Source: Octopus sinensis
Lineage: Eukaryota
Length of the DNA stretch: 64,000 nt
Reading direction: 5' to 3'
Assembly: GCF_006345805.1 (NCBI RefSeq)
Contig: NC_043009.1
Span: forward strand, 47,182,001-47,246,000
Position 1 is the stretch's first letter; each line of letters begins with the position of its first letter. The notes under the pieces are model-generated. The model saw only the letters and a program-made list of their open reading frames with translations. It had not been told where the DNA came from and did no database searches. A program made the position numbers and the translations under genes. Positions 51,155 through 62,031 of the stretch are shown here, one piece after another.

Positions 51155-51907
51155 TGTTATATTATACCTGTGAGGGATTTTTCACTCTTCTTGTGCTTGT
51201 ACGGTATATCTTGTTATACTCGCCTAGCAATAAACAAAAATTTATGAGATTCGGACGGTGAATAGGCGTATAAAATGATTGTAAAGATTCCTCATATTGC
51301 TTGAAGAATGCAAGACTGCAACCTCTTCCCAGGTACTGTTCCAGTTTGCATCATCTTCCAAGAGATCTATTCTACGGTAAGTTTTGTGGTATTTTACAGA
51401 TATATCTAGCAACCGTTTTGAGATCCTACCAGGAGGCTGAAACCATGAACATAGTGCAGGAGATGTGAGATAAAAGAGAAAAACGCACTCAAAGATGTTA
51501 ACAATCTAATGATTCTTTGGATCTAAAGTGAGCGTTGCCAAGGATTGATGTTCCTGCAATTTTGCTTGAAACATTTTTACATTTTTACCAAGTGTAATAT
51601 CTGGGTATTTCATAGATCAGAAGATGTTTTGCAAAGGTATCACTTTTGCAGAATTCATAGATCGCAGTTAATTTGATCCTACATGGATGTCATATTTACT
51701 GTAACTTTCTTCCTCCACTCTCTCTCTCTCTACCTCTCTTTCGGCGAACTAAATTGTTTCCTTGTTAAATGGCACCCCAAATGCATAATGCTAGGGTGGC
51801 GCTCATGGACGAAAATCTTTCGGAATACACCTCACATTTTGTCAAAGTCATCCCAAGTATCGTGTAAGGAAGAAATAACATTTTTCGGCATATAGTTTAT
51901 TAAAGAC

Positions 51908-52068
51908 CAAAGAAAGCAAGTCAGTACAACAGTTGATTCTACATATGACTCTGAGACGGAAGAGATCACCGGTTCTGGTTCAGGAAGCTATAATTTCCAG
52001 TCACAAACCACTACATCCTCGTTCGACTTCGAAGAAATTTTGTTGAAACATCATCTCCCAAATCAACT
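51908..52068 (+). pseudogene. Intronic partial copy of exon 6 (54262-54438)
   Basis: Near-identical run CAAAGAAAGCAAGTCA.TACAACAGTTGATTCTACATATG...TCATCTCCCAAATCAACT, with a net 16-bp deletion. Confidence 0.92.
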
Positions 52069-52949
52069 ACGGTGGAACACGAAGTAGATAAAGCTATAAA
52101 TAACAACATATATAATATTGCGTGTAGAATGAAAAAAAAAACCCTTTCATAAATCAAACTCGGAACAGCCTTCGACTTTTTTCCCATCTAAAGGGTTTTC
52201 TTAGTATTCAACACGTTATTATTTATAACTTTAATTTCGAGTTTTACCATAAAAATGTAATTTATTCTTCAATTTTCTCCAAGTTTCGAAATTCTTGTAA
52301 TGTAAACATTTTAAAATTTTTACTGGTGAGAACAAAGCTCCAATGGAGAAACTTCGAAGCGTTGCTTTAGTATAACGATTAGTACACCTGTCATATCCAC
52401 AGAAGATGTGGATTCGTATCCAACGGACAGCCTTCGACGATTTTTCTACCCTAGGGGTTTTGAACCCAATATTCTGCATTCTATTTATAGCTATATCTAC
52501 TTCGAGTTTCACGTTAAAAAGTAATTTACTTAAATTCTATCGATGTTTCGAAATATTGTAATGTACTCCTAGTTTGTTATAGAATCATTTAAAATTATTT
52601 TTTCCTTTTTTTTATCCTTGGACTGTTTTTTTTTTTTGCATTTGCCGTTTATTGTAGATTTTAATATAAGAATTAAAAAGCTTAAACTAAATTAACATTA
52701 ACCACTTTCCCCCATTTTTTGATCAGATGACTTCATAAGGGGTTTTAGTAATTGGTTGCCTTAGAATCCTAAACAGCATGGCATCAATTCTTATATGGTA
52801 ACTGCCACACAAAACTAACCTAAACTAACATGTGCTTCTTTAAACGCACAAAATATAACATTAAACTTTGCACCACCGTTTTTATTTTTTTTTATTTTAC
52901 TACATCAAGAATATGTTTGCATGTTTCTTTCTTTGTTTTATGATTTCAG

Positions 52950-53029
52950 GTTCTGGGTACTCCACACGCTGAATCTTTTCTCAGCATTCTGAAGTCTCTC
53001 CAACAAATTGACCCTGAGAATGAAATCAG
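52950..53029 (+). CDS. INF2: INF2-like formin, exon 5 (dimerisation domain)
   Basis: TTTCAG|GTT...TCAG|GTAAGT, 80 nt, phase 0 to 2. Reads VLGTPHAESFLSILKSLQQIDPENEI(S), similar to INF2 [22 protein letters not shown]. Not in the ORF track. Confidence 0.88.
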
Positions 53030-54119
53030 GTAAGTTGCTTGTCATTCGCGCTCAAGCCACAGTTATTTCTATGTTTGACACCGAATGTTTCTTTTATACG
53101 TTGACTATAGTTTATTGCTTACCTCACTAGAAGTGAAATGACTACTAGTATATTTGCTACTATTTATTGATTTGTGGGTTAAATTTGCCAGGGGACTTTC
53201 GTTGTATGTCTAGGGACATATCGAAACATCTGCCCTATTAATGAGCCGGTGATTACACTACTGTCTAGACTAGATATTTCGACTTCTGAGGAAATCAGCT
53301 ATGATAGACTAACGTACTATCAAGACGTTATCTCTTTCTCTTAACACTGTAGAGATAGGAGTTCACTAGCTTCCTTAAGTTTCATAACGGATCTGACAGC
53401 TGTCTTCGAAATATCAGTGAAATTTTGATATTTTATTTTTATGGATTTCATTCATGGTATATAATAAGAAAAAATACTATGTCTGACTCTACTTAAAACC
53501 AAAGATCGTTTATTAACATTTTTACGGCTAATATTTTACTGGCTGTAACATCGTTGGTAAATATTTGCTCCTTACCCTACAGGCCGGATGTAGACAAGGT
53601 ACTCCTGAACCCATGTCTGAGGTGGATACACATGCATTTCTCCCCAGCTGTCGAATATGGATACATAAGCTCCTCGTCCAAGAAATGGATGAAGAGCGTA
53701 CGAGGGGGTGTTGAAATGTTCTTGGCTTTAAGGATGTTGCGAAGGCCTTCTTGGGGGCCCAACTTATCGAGTTCTTTTACAGGGCTTAGAGAAAATGAAG
53801 GACCTCTGCAATAAGTGTGTGAATCTGAGATGGGAATATGTGTAATAAAATTGTAATTTACTGATTCTCTTTTACCCAAAACCAGGAACTTTTCAGCACC
53901 TCGTCTGTTTATCCCTTCAGTGGTTAGGTGTGAACCAATACGCTCCTCGCCTTAAATGTAAAATGTGGGTCATACGCTGCCTACACCAGATGATGACGAT
54001 AGATAGCTCTCTTTCCATGTAATGAGTTTAGTTTGGATATATTTCAGTAAATAATCTCTGTTGATTGCCCTCATGTCTCTGTTTGTCTCAAAACAAAATA
54101 TTTGTCTCCTCTTCTTCAG

Positions 54120-56215
54120 TGATTACCAATGGTTTGTAATGGAGTCAGTGGCACAAAACTTACTTTACTTGGACAAATCTTTGTTTCTTGAGAAACTTTT
54201 GGTTGACATAAAGACTGAAATAGAACTACAGCGTTGTAGAAGCAATAGAACTACTGAAGAGCAAAGAAAGCAAGTCAATACAACAGTTGATTCTACATAT
54301 GGTTCTGAGACGGAAGAGATCACCGGTTCTGGTTCAGGAAACTATAATTTCCAGTCACAAACCACTACATCCTCGTTCGACTTGGAAGAACCTGATCTTC
54401 CAGAAAACTTCGTTGAAACATCATCTCCCAAATCAACTTCGAATTCATCAAATGTTGTAGAAAATCAAACGCCAGAAAAGTTATCAAAATACCACAAAAT
54501 TCCATCAGATTCTGAGAATCAAAAACACGTCCATAAAACAGAGCTCCAGAAAAATTCTGAACCATCCATGACATTAAACGAAGCAGTGACATCTGTAGAA
54601 GATCCCTTGAGTAGCTCTGTTATCGAGAGTAGCCCGAAGAAAATTAAATCGCTAACTGAACTGGTTCTACAGTCGACGCAAATGAACGAAAAATCTTCTC
54701 AAATTCGACTAGAAGGAAACCAAACCCCCAATATAACTTCCAAATCAACAGAAGAACCGACGTTGTCCGAAATTGCTCCACAGGCGGGCAAAGACAAACA
54801 CATAGAGAACACATCAAAGAAAATATATTCTTCACCAATTAAAAGCAACAGGAAAGACAGATTTTCTGAAAATGACAAACCTGAAGTGGCAGAAGATCTC
54901 GAACCCTGTCCACCTCTGACGCCTGAGACGCTTCATTCCATTACCACATCACAACAATCTTTTTCTACTGAAAACTCAAATGAAAAAAATGTTGACAATC
55001 CAGAAACTCTTTCTTCAATCACATCAAATACACCACAGAATCCCTCTCCCGGACCATCTTCTCAAACATTACAAACGCCCAAAACAAAACGGCTTCACAC
55101 ATCAACAGAAATTAAGGAAGATACCCTTAAACCACCAGCCTCTCCATCTTTACTTGCACTAGTTAGATCAGCCCAAATCGTATCTAAAAAAAAACCATCA
55201 ACCCATTTAACCCCAGAGGTGAGCATGACCTCAGAGATTGCTTCTGATTCGGAGGTGAATATTCGGTCGGAACCCGCCTCCATTCTGGAGGCAGACGTAC
55301 CATCAGAGTCTACCGCTATTGTGGAAGCAGGCGTGTCATCAAAGCTGGTCACCGCTATTGACGAAGATGTGCCGTCAAAGGCAGACGTACAATCAGAGCT
55401 TACAGCTGTTTCAGACTCCAAAAATACTCCGGTGGCAGACGTACAATCAGAGCTTGCTGCTGCACCGGAGGAAAAGGTGCCATCAGAGTCCAATGCATTA
55501 AAAGATGCAGATGGGTCATCAGAGGCCAGCATTGTTCCAGAGATGGAAAAGCTGACACAGTCTGCTAGTCATTCAAAGGCTGATGTTTCACAGTCACCTC
55601 CACATCCAATTTCCGAATCTGGTACTTCTATTATACAGCCTGAACCCATCACCAAGGCTGCTCCACCACCACCTCCTCCTCCTCCTCCTCCACCACCACC
55701 ACCTCCTCCCCTTCATTCGCCACTAAACGCTGGGTCTGGTGTTTTACCCCGGGCTCCTCCACCGCCACCGCCTCCACCTCCACTCCCAAACTCTGGGGAT
55801 TTCTACAGACCACCGCCTCCTCCACCACCACCACTACCCCTGGGATCTGGAAATTTACCTAGGGTTCCACCACCACCACCATTACCCCCAGGTTCTGGGG
55901 TTTCCCAAAGTTCACCGCCACCCCCGCCACCCCCACCACCCCCGCCACCTCCTCCACCACTACCCCCAGGGTCTAAGCGTTTACCCGGGGTTCCTCCACC
56001 ACCACCACCACCACCACCACCTCCACCTCCTCCTGGCTCTAAGGGTTTCCCTCCTGCTCCACCTCCACCTCCATCGTCATCATCAACATCGTCATCACCA
56101 AGCAAATACTCGTCTGCGACGTTGCCAGCCAGGTTACATGGTAAACCAGTCTTGGCACCATCCCAGAAACTTCGTTCTTTCCAATGGCACAAGGTCCCAA
56201 CCAATATCATCAATG
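54120..56215 (+). CDS. INF2: INF2-like formin, exon 6 (end of DD, Ser/Thr/Glu-rich linker, FH1, start of FH2 lasso)
   Basis: CTTCAG|T GAT...AAT G|GTAATG, 2096 nt, phase 2 to 1, inside the 731-aa ORF. Contains DYQWFVMESVAQNLL, polyproline FH1 at about 55663-56073 and KLRSFQWHKVP (FH2 lasso Trp). Confidence 0.92.
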
Positions 56216-57449
56216 GTAATGTATCATTTTTTTTCCTTATTTACCACCACCACTAACAACCGCCACCCTTATTGTCACTATCCCTACTCCTTTTACTACT
56301 GTACTATTATTACTATTACCACTATACTGCTAGTACTACTATTACAGTATTGTCAATCATCCTTAGTGAACTCTGATCTGGAGTTCACTGGGCAACAAAA
56401 AGAAATTTGTCTGCTACTCAGACAACTGGTGCTGTACCAAACTAAATTGAGTACGCTGATTCTGTATCTGAACTCACTATTTCTGTAGCATGTCAGGATT
56501 TTGAGTTATGCACATAATTATGTATTTATACTATATTAGTATCAGGAATAGTTAAGTCCAAGGTAAATAATTATTATAATAGTATATTTGTACTGCATAT
56601 CGTAAATTTATGTTCAAGGCAAATAATATTATAATATAATGGTACATAGTATATTTATGTTAAGGGAATACTTTACTTTTGAGATTCTCAGCTCAGAAAT
56701 GTTTGAGACACTTGTTCTTGCGCTTATGCATCGTGCTGGTCTCCTGTTGTAGGAACCAGCAGTGCTCATCCGCCATGTGTGGATTGAACCAGCTTTGATA
56801 CCTCGTTTCCATCTGAGATGTGTCCTGGTGGAACCTCTCACCATGCTCATCACAACGTTACTAAGATTCATTGGGAAAAAATCGAGATGAGAATGCAAGA
56901 AGTGCATTTTAAGAGACATTCTGTATCCCATTCTTTCATGCGCTATGAGCATGTTTATTGAATCATAGTTTTCAGCTCTATGATTTCCAAGAAAGTTCTG
57001 TACAATTAACACGAATGGATCCCATGCCATCAGCTCAACTGGATTCAGTTTACCCCTGACTTTACTATCAGATATCAATTCTCTGATCTCGGGTTCAAGG
57101 AAAATGCCTGCTTTAAGTTTTGCGTCACTTTTCTCTACACCACAATTTTACTTTTAGGTACTGGAAGCCATAACCATCGTCTGTCATTGCTTTTACAGTG
57201 TTTTTCATGAGGCCAAGTTTGATATGAAGGGGTGGAAGGAAGATCCTTTACAGGTCTACCCGTAACATATGCTGCACACTGTACCGACCAACTATGAGCT
57301 CATCTCTTTTAGGCCAGTCTTTTACAGTGTAATGATTGATGTCGTCGTGGCTGCTCCAAACACACAAGAGGCACATATTTTTGGTGTATCCCAGTTGCAG
57401 TCCTAGGAGGCGGGAAATTACCTTTAAATCACCACAAATTATTTTTTTT

Positions 57450-57831
57450 AGCACTCCGTCGGTTACGACGCTGAGGGTTCCGGTTGATCCGAATCAACGG
57501 AACAGCCTGCTCTTGAAATTAACGTGTAAGTGGCTGAGCACTCCACAGACACGTGCACCCTTAACGTAGTTCTCGGGGATATTCAGCGTGACACAGAGAG
57601 TGACAAAGCCGGCCCCTTGAAATACAGGTACAACAGAAACAGGAAGTAAGAGTGAGAGAAAGTTGTGGTGAAAGAGTACAGCAGGGATCACCACCATCCT
57701 CTGCCGGAGCATCGTGGAGCTTTTAGGTGTTTTCGCTCAATAAACACTCACAACGCCCGTTCTGGGAATCGAAACCGCGATCCTATGACCGCGAGTCCGC
57801 TGCCCTAACCACTGGGCCATTGCGCCTCCAC
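57450..57831 (-). mobile_element. SINE A nested in the Chapaev3-like transposase
   Basis: Perfect 15-bp TSD TAAATCACCACAAAT at 57425-57439 and 57832-57846. Confidence 0.92.
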
Positions 57832-58980
57832 TAAATCACCACAAATATTCCACTTATGAACTGAGTAATTAACTCTTTTCAGAATGAGTTGCATCGATTC
57901 ATAAGTTTCTTCCATATTGACAACACGACTCACAAGAATGGAAGGTTTTTCATTATCAGTATGTAACAACACGTCTTTGAGGTTAACTTTACTCGAGTCT
58001 AAGCAATCCCCATCCTTTAGTCACATGCACATGTCCTAATTTTTTGCATGAGTGCATTAACGTCAGTACAGAAACAAGCATTATTTTCTTGCTTGAAAAA
58101 GACAGATTAGCCTCTATGGTAGGAACGGAAAATGGAAATTTTCGTACCTTGCCTTAGGAGATTCCATTGCTGTATCTCGATCCCAAAACTTCTGCCTTCT
58201 CCTTTGACAACGCCAGGTCTCTTACTAAATCGTTCAAATCTTGTCGATTAAACAAGCGTGGCTCATCTTTCTCAGAATCAACTATGTACTCATCGTGCGA
58301 TGTGTCAAGGTCTTCAAGTGAATCATGGGAGAGGTGTACTGGGACAGGGTTCTCGAAATCATGTGGGACCGGTTTTAGAGCCGATTTACAATCTGCATAC
58401 ATTGCTTTGGTTTTCTTTGAGAAACCACTAATATTAGTCATGCAAAAGTAACAGAGACATGCTTGTTTGGCTCATGCCATACCACTGATACAGCAAAAGG
58501 CATTCCCTTCTGCTTTCCATTCAGCCACTGTGTAAGCCCTGAGTAACACACGGTGCAGCATATATGAGGTGCCCACCTCTTGTTTTGTTCCCCGATTTTA
58601 CACCCGAAATAATATTTATAGGCAGTTTTTAATTTGGTGGCAATGTTCTTCCACTGGTCACGCGGAGAAAATTTTCCACAGACATAACAAAAGTCGTCTG
58701 AGTGATTCACATAGCCTATCCTATTCATGATATAACACAATGAATACAGTTAAAACAGTAATCACGCAGAGCAAGAGATACACATACCACACGTGACGGC
58801 AGCGCAAACGACACTGAGACCTACCAAGAACAAACTGACATATTTGGCAAATGCACACAATACGTCAGCGCCATCTATTGCTAAACTAAATAATTAACTT
58901 TCTCATCATTTGTTTAATTGCTGTTATTTCTTTCATTTTGAATTAAGACCGCTTTTATTGTAGCAACTTTTATAATACCT

Positions 58981-59206
58981 ATTGCTTTATTACCCACAAG
59001 GGGCTAAACATAGAGGGGACAAACAAGGACAGACATAGGAATTAAGTCGATTACATCGACCCCAGTGCGTAACTGGTACTTAATTTATCGACCTCGATAG
59101 GATGAACGGCAAAGTCGACCTCGGCGGAATTTGAACTCACAACGTAACGGCAGACGAAATACCACTAAGCATCTCGCCCGGCGTGCTAACGTTTCTGCCA
59201 GCTCGC
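58981..59206 (-). mobile_element. SINE C nested in the Chapaev3-like element
   Basis: TSD TTTTATAATAC at 58968-58978 and 59210-59220. Confidence 0.9.
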
Positions 59207-59418
59207 AAGTTTTATAATACGGCCTACATCTAGCCGAAAGTATAGTTATAATCTTGCGCATGCGTATAACTCAAAATCTTGGCTGCTAGAACAATTCTGA
59301 GCGCGGATTCGGAACCAGCATCTTCGATTTAGTCTATAACACACGCTTTTACCACAGTAGCAGAATCTTTGTTGTCCATTATTATGTAAGATGTGTTTCA
59401 ATATGGTTATGTTGTGGA

Positions 59419-59796
59419 AGCACTCCGTCGATTACGATGACGAGGGTTCCGGTTGATCCGATCAACGGAACAGCCTGCTCGTGAAATTAACGTGTAAGTG
59501 GCTGAGCACTCCACAGACACGTGTACCCTTAACGTAGTTCTCGGGGATATTCAGCGTGACACAGAGAGTGACAAGGCCGGCCCTTTGAAATACAGGTACA
59601 ACAGAAACAGGAAGTAAGAGTGAGAGAAAGTTGTGGTGAAAGAGTACAGCAGGGATCACCACCATCCCTGCCGGAGCCTCGTGGAGCTTTAGGTGTTTTC
59701 GCTCAATAAACACTCACAACGCCCGGTCTGGGAATCGAAACCGCGATCCTATGACCGCGAGTCCGCTGCCCTAACCACTGGGCCATTGCGCCTCAC
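59419..59796 (-). mobile_element. SINE A, full length
   Basis: Reverse complement of the 33451 copy. Confidence 0.9.
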
Positions 59797-59799
59797 CGT

Positions 59800-60835
59800 T
59801 AACAACAGTATGACTGTGTGACATTTTGGGCGAGTGTCTTTTGCTGTTGCTCCTGATGGTGTCTGTGTAACAGTTTGATGGAAACTGTATTAAAGCCTAT
59901 CATGTGTTTGTATATGTCTACATGTGAATGCTGATATTTTGCTTGTCATTGTTTGAGCGAAGTGGCGGTGATGTCAACATTCTTTGTTGATGCTGGGGAG
60001 AAAATGCCTGACTAAGAAAGTGTTTGAAGAACGATGGAAGAATGCAGCACGGATGTTGCGTATGGCTGGTACCGCATAAATGTGAAACGGGATGAAACCC
60101 AAGTATCAGTGGCGAGGCGGGACTCGTGTGGTCCGAGCTGAACCCGCCCCCACTCCATCCGTAATGTCTTCTGGTCTGTTCTATCATTCGAATTTTTGTT
60201 TTTAATTATATTGTCATTTTGTGTTAATTTTTAAAGTTTCATTTTGTGTATTTATCATTCGTAAGTCTGAACCCAAATCAGATTGTATTGTCCCCTTTAT
60301 GTTCGCCCCTTGTGGGTAATAAAAAAATCAACATTCTTTGTTGACATTTTTACCAGTTGGTCTATGCTTTCAAAGACCTGCGAAAAATAGAATTACAGTA
60401 CCTGAAAAAGCAGGTGAGTGTTAGTGACAGAAAGAGCACCCAGCTGCAAACTCCTGCTTCAAAATCATTCGCTGTATGATTATATGACACTTTGGGTGAG
60501 TGTCTGCTGCTATCACTTCTGACTAACCAAGGCTCTGCGAGTGAAACTGATAGATGGGAACTATATTGAGCTTGGCGTACGTGTGTGTGCGCGCTAATGT
60601 TGATGTGTTGCTTGTCATTCTGTGGTTAAAGTGGTGATGATGTTGACATTCCTGGCTAGCATTTTGACCAGCTGCTCTGTGCTTTCAAAGACCCATGGAA
60701 AATAAAATTTCATTAGCTGAGAAAGTAGATATGGGTTAGTAACAGGAAGAGCATCCAGCTGCAAAATCCTGCTTCAAATTCAGTTCCTGTCCAGGCCCTG
60801 CTAGCATGGAGAAAATGGATGTTAAATGAATGAAT
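59800..60835 (+). mobile_element. Patchwork of old SINE/RTE-tail remnants; related tail also at about 62640-62775
   Basis: Recurring GGAAG(G/A)GCATCCA...ATGGA(A/G)AAATGGA(C/T)(A/G)TTAAATGA blocks. Confidence 0.5.
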
Positions 60836-61142
60836 GCCTTTGAATAAAGGTAATGAGTAAGACATAAATGATTATACATGTATATCCTATGCATCTTATT
60901 CCTTGGTTGTCAATTCAAAATTGAAACTTTCTATAATCCCACCAAAATTTATCAAATAATTATCTCCCTTACAATAACTGGCCACCATTGTACACAACTC
61001 TAAATCCCTTTCGCTTCTATTATTTGATACTTATCTCAAGCATTTATGCTATTTTATACTTATATTATTATTTGATACTTCTATTATATTATTATTTTAT
61101 ACTTATCTCAATCATTTGCATTGCATTTTTCTGTTTTCTCAG

Positions 61143-61303
61143 AAAAAGGCAACCTTTGGCAAGATGTATATTATATGAGAAGTAACAGTGCTGTGGATGT
61201 TGACTATAAAACTCTTGAAGATATGTTCAGTATGAAAGCTCCTCCCAAAAAGTCGGCATCAGTTGATGAACAAAAAGTGAAGAAGAAAAATATTCCGAAA
61301 AAA
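61143..61303 (+). CDS. INF2: INF2-like formin, exon 7 (FH2 lasso/linker)
   Basis: TCTCAG|AA...AAA|GTAAGT, 161 nt, phase 1 to 0. Reads (E)KGNLWQDV...VDYKTLEDMFSMK, with the second lasso Trp and the LEDMF motif. Confidence 0.9.
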
Positions 61304-61872
61304 GTAAGTGAAATATTTAACTAATGACGGTCGTTTAGAAAAAGCGCGGGCTAAAACTACGCGCCTTCACTAGTCAGTTAAGGTGAGACAGTGTCACGTG
61401 ACAAATTGCTGGGGTTACCTGCTGGAGCCTATGCGGCAGGTATTTAAAGAAAAAGTTGACAAGACAGTCAGTCACCGGCTGACACTCGAAGAGGCCAGAG
61501 AACAGAAGAAAGAAGATATGCACCCAACACCAGAGCTGAAGACACCTCCGAAAGTGGTGGGGGGGGGCGCCACGTCAAAACGGTAGAGGAGTAGGGACCG
61601 AAACTGGGCGTGGTTCCTCCTGATGATGTCTTGAGCTAACTGGATCCTATAAAGGAGCTGTTGTGGTAGAAGACCACGAAACACGGTTGTAATTCCAAAT
61701 TCTTTGATTATCAAATGCATTCATTTTATTGTTAATTATATTTATTTTGTACTGCAAATGGCTTACAAATTTAACAGACTGGAATTGCTTTCTAACATAA
61801 TTTCCTCTCTGAATATTGCACAAGTAAATTCAATGGCCCAGCACAACCAATAATATGTTGTCTATTCTTCAG

Positions 61873-62031
61873 GTCAATCTTTTGGAACGCGCCCTAGACA
61901 TAGACATCTTCCTGAAACAATGTAATGCCTCACAAGAGAAAATAGTTGAAATGATTAAGGAAGGCACAAGCAAGGATCTTGACTTGGAAATGTTACGACG
62001 GATGCAGAAAATCCTACCAACTGACAGTGAG
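61873..62031 (+). CDS. INF2: INF2-like formin, exon 8 (FH2 knob)
   Basis: CTTCAG|GTC...GAG|GTATGT, 159 nt, phase 0 to 0. Reads VNLLERALDIDIFLKQ...LEMLRRMQKILPTDSE. Confidence 0.9.

Larger units (their letters stand above)
56386..59381 (-). mobile_element. Chapaev3-like (CMC superfamily) DNA transposon, near full length, dead
   Basis: Left end CACTGGGCAACAAAAAG; imperfect inverted ends of about 130 bp. Transposase pieces FCYVCG..YFGCKIGEQNK.WAPHICC, DLNDLVRDL.LSKEKAEVLGSR, ICGDLKV...LLGLQLGYTK, MSLKMHFLHSHLDFFP, ADEHCWFL. Confidence 0.8.

Noticed and set aside
51160-51880. R4/NeSL-like LINE remnant on the minus strand
   Set aside because: Only faint motif resemblance through many stops; too degraded to support by eye.
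52231-52512. 93-aa minus ORF as a real protein
   Set aside because: AT-rich, overlaps a scrambled repeat and shows no recognisable domain.
54061-54119. TTG start of the 731-aa ORF as an independent gene
   Set aside because: This is the polypyrimidine tract and acceptor; the exon starts at 54120 in phase with exon 5.
55095-56488. Antisense 145-aa, 136-aa poly-Gly and alternate-frame 249-aa His-rich ORFs
   Set aside because: Shadows of the linker and the CCN-rich FH1 codons.
2502-59206. Recurring about 30-bp GTCGACCTCGGCGGAATTTGAACTCAG as a CRISPR-like repeat
   Set aside because: Dispersed on both strands inside SINE C, with no regular spacers and no cas genes; eukaryotic context.
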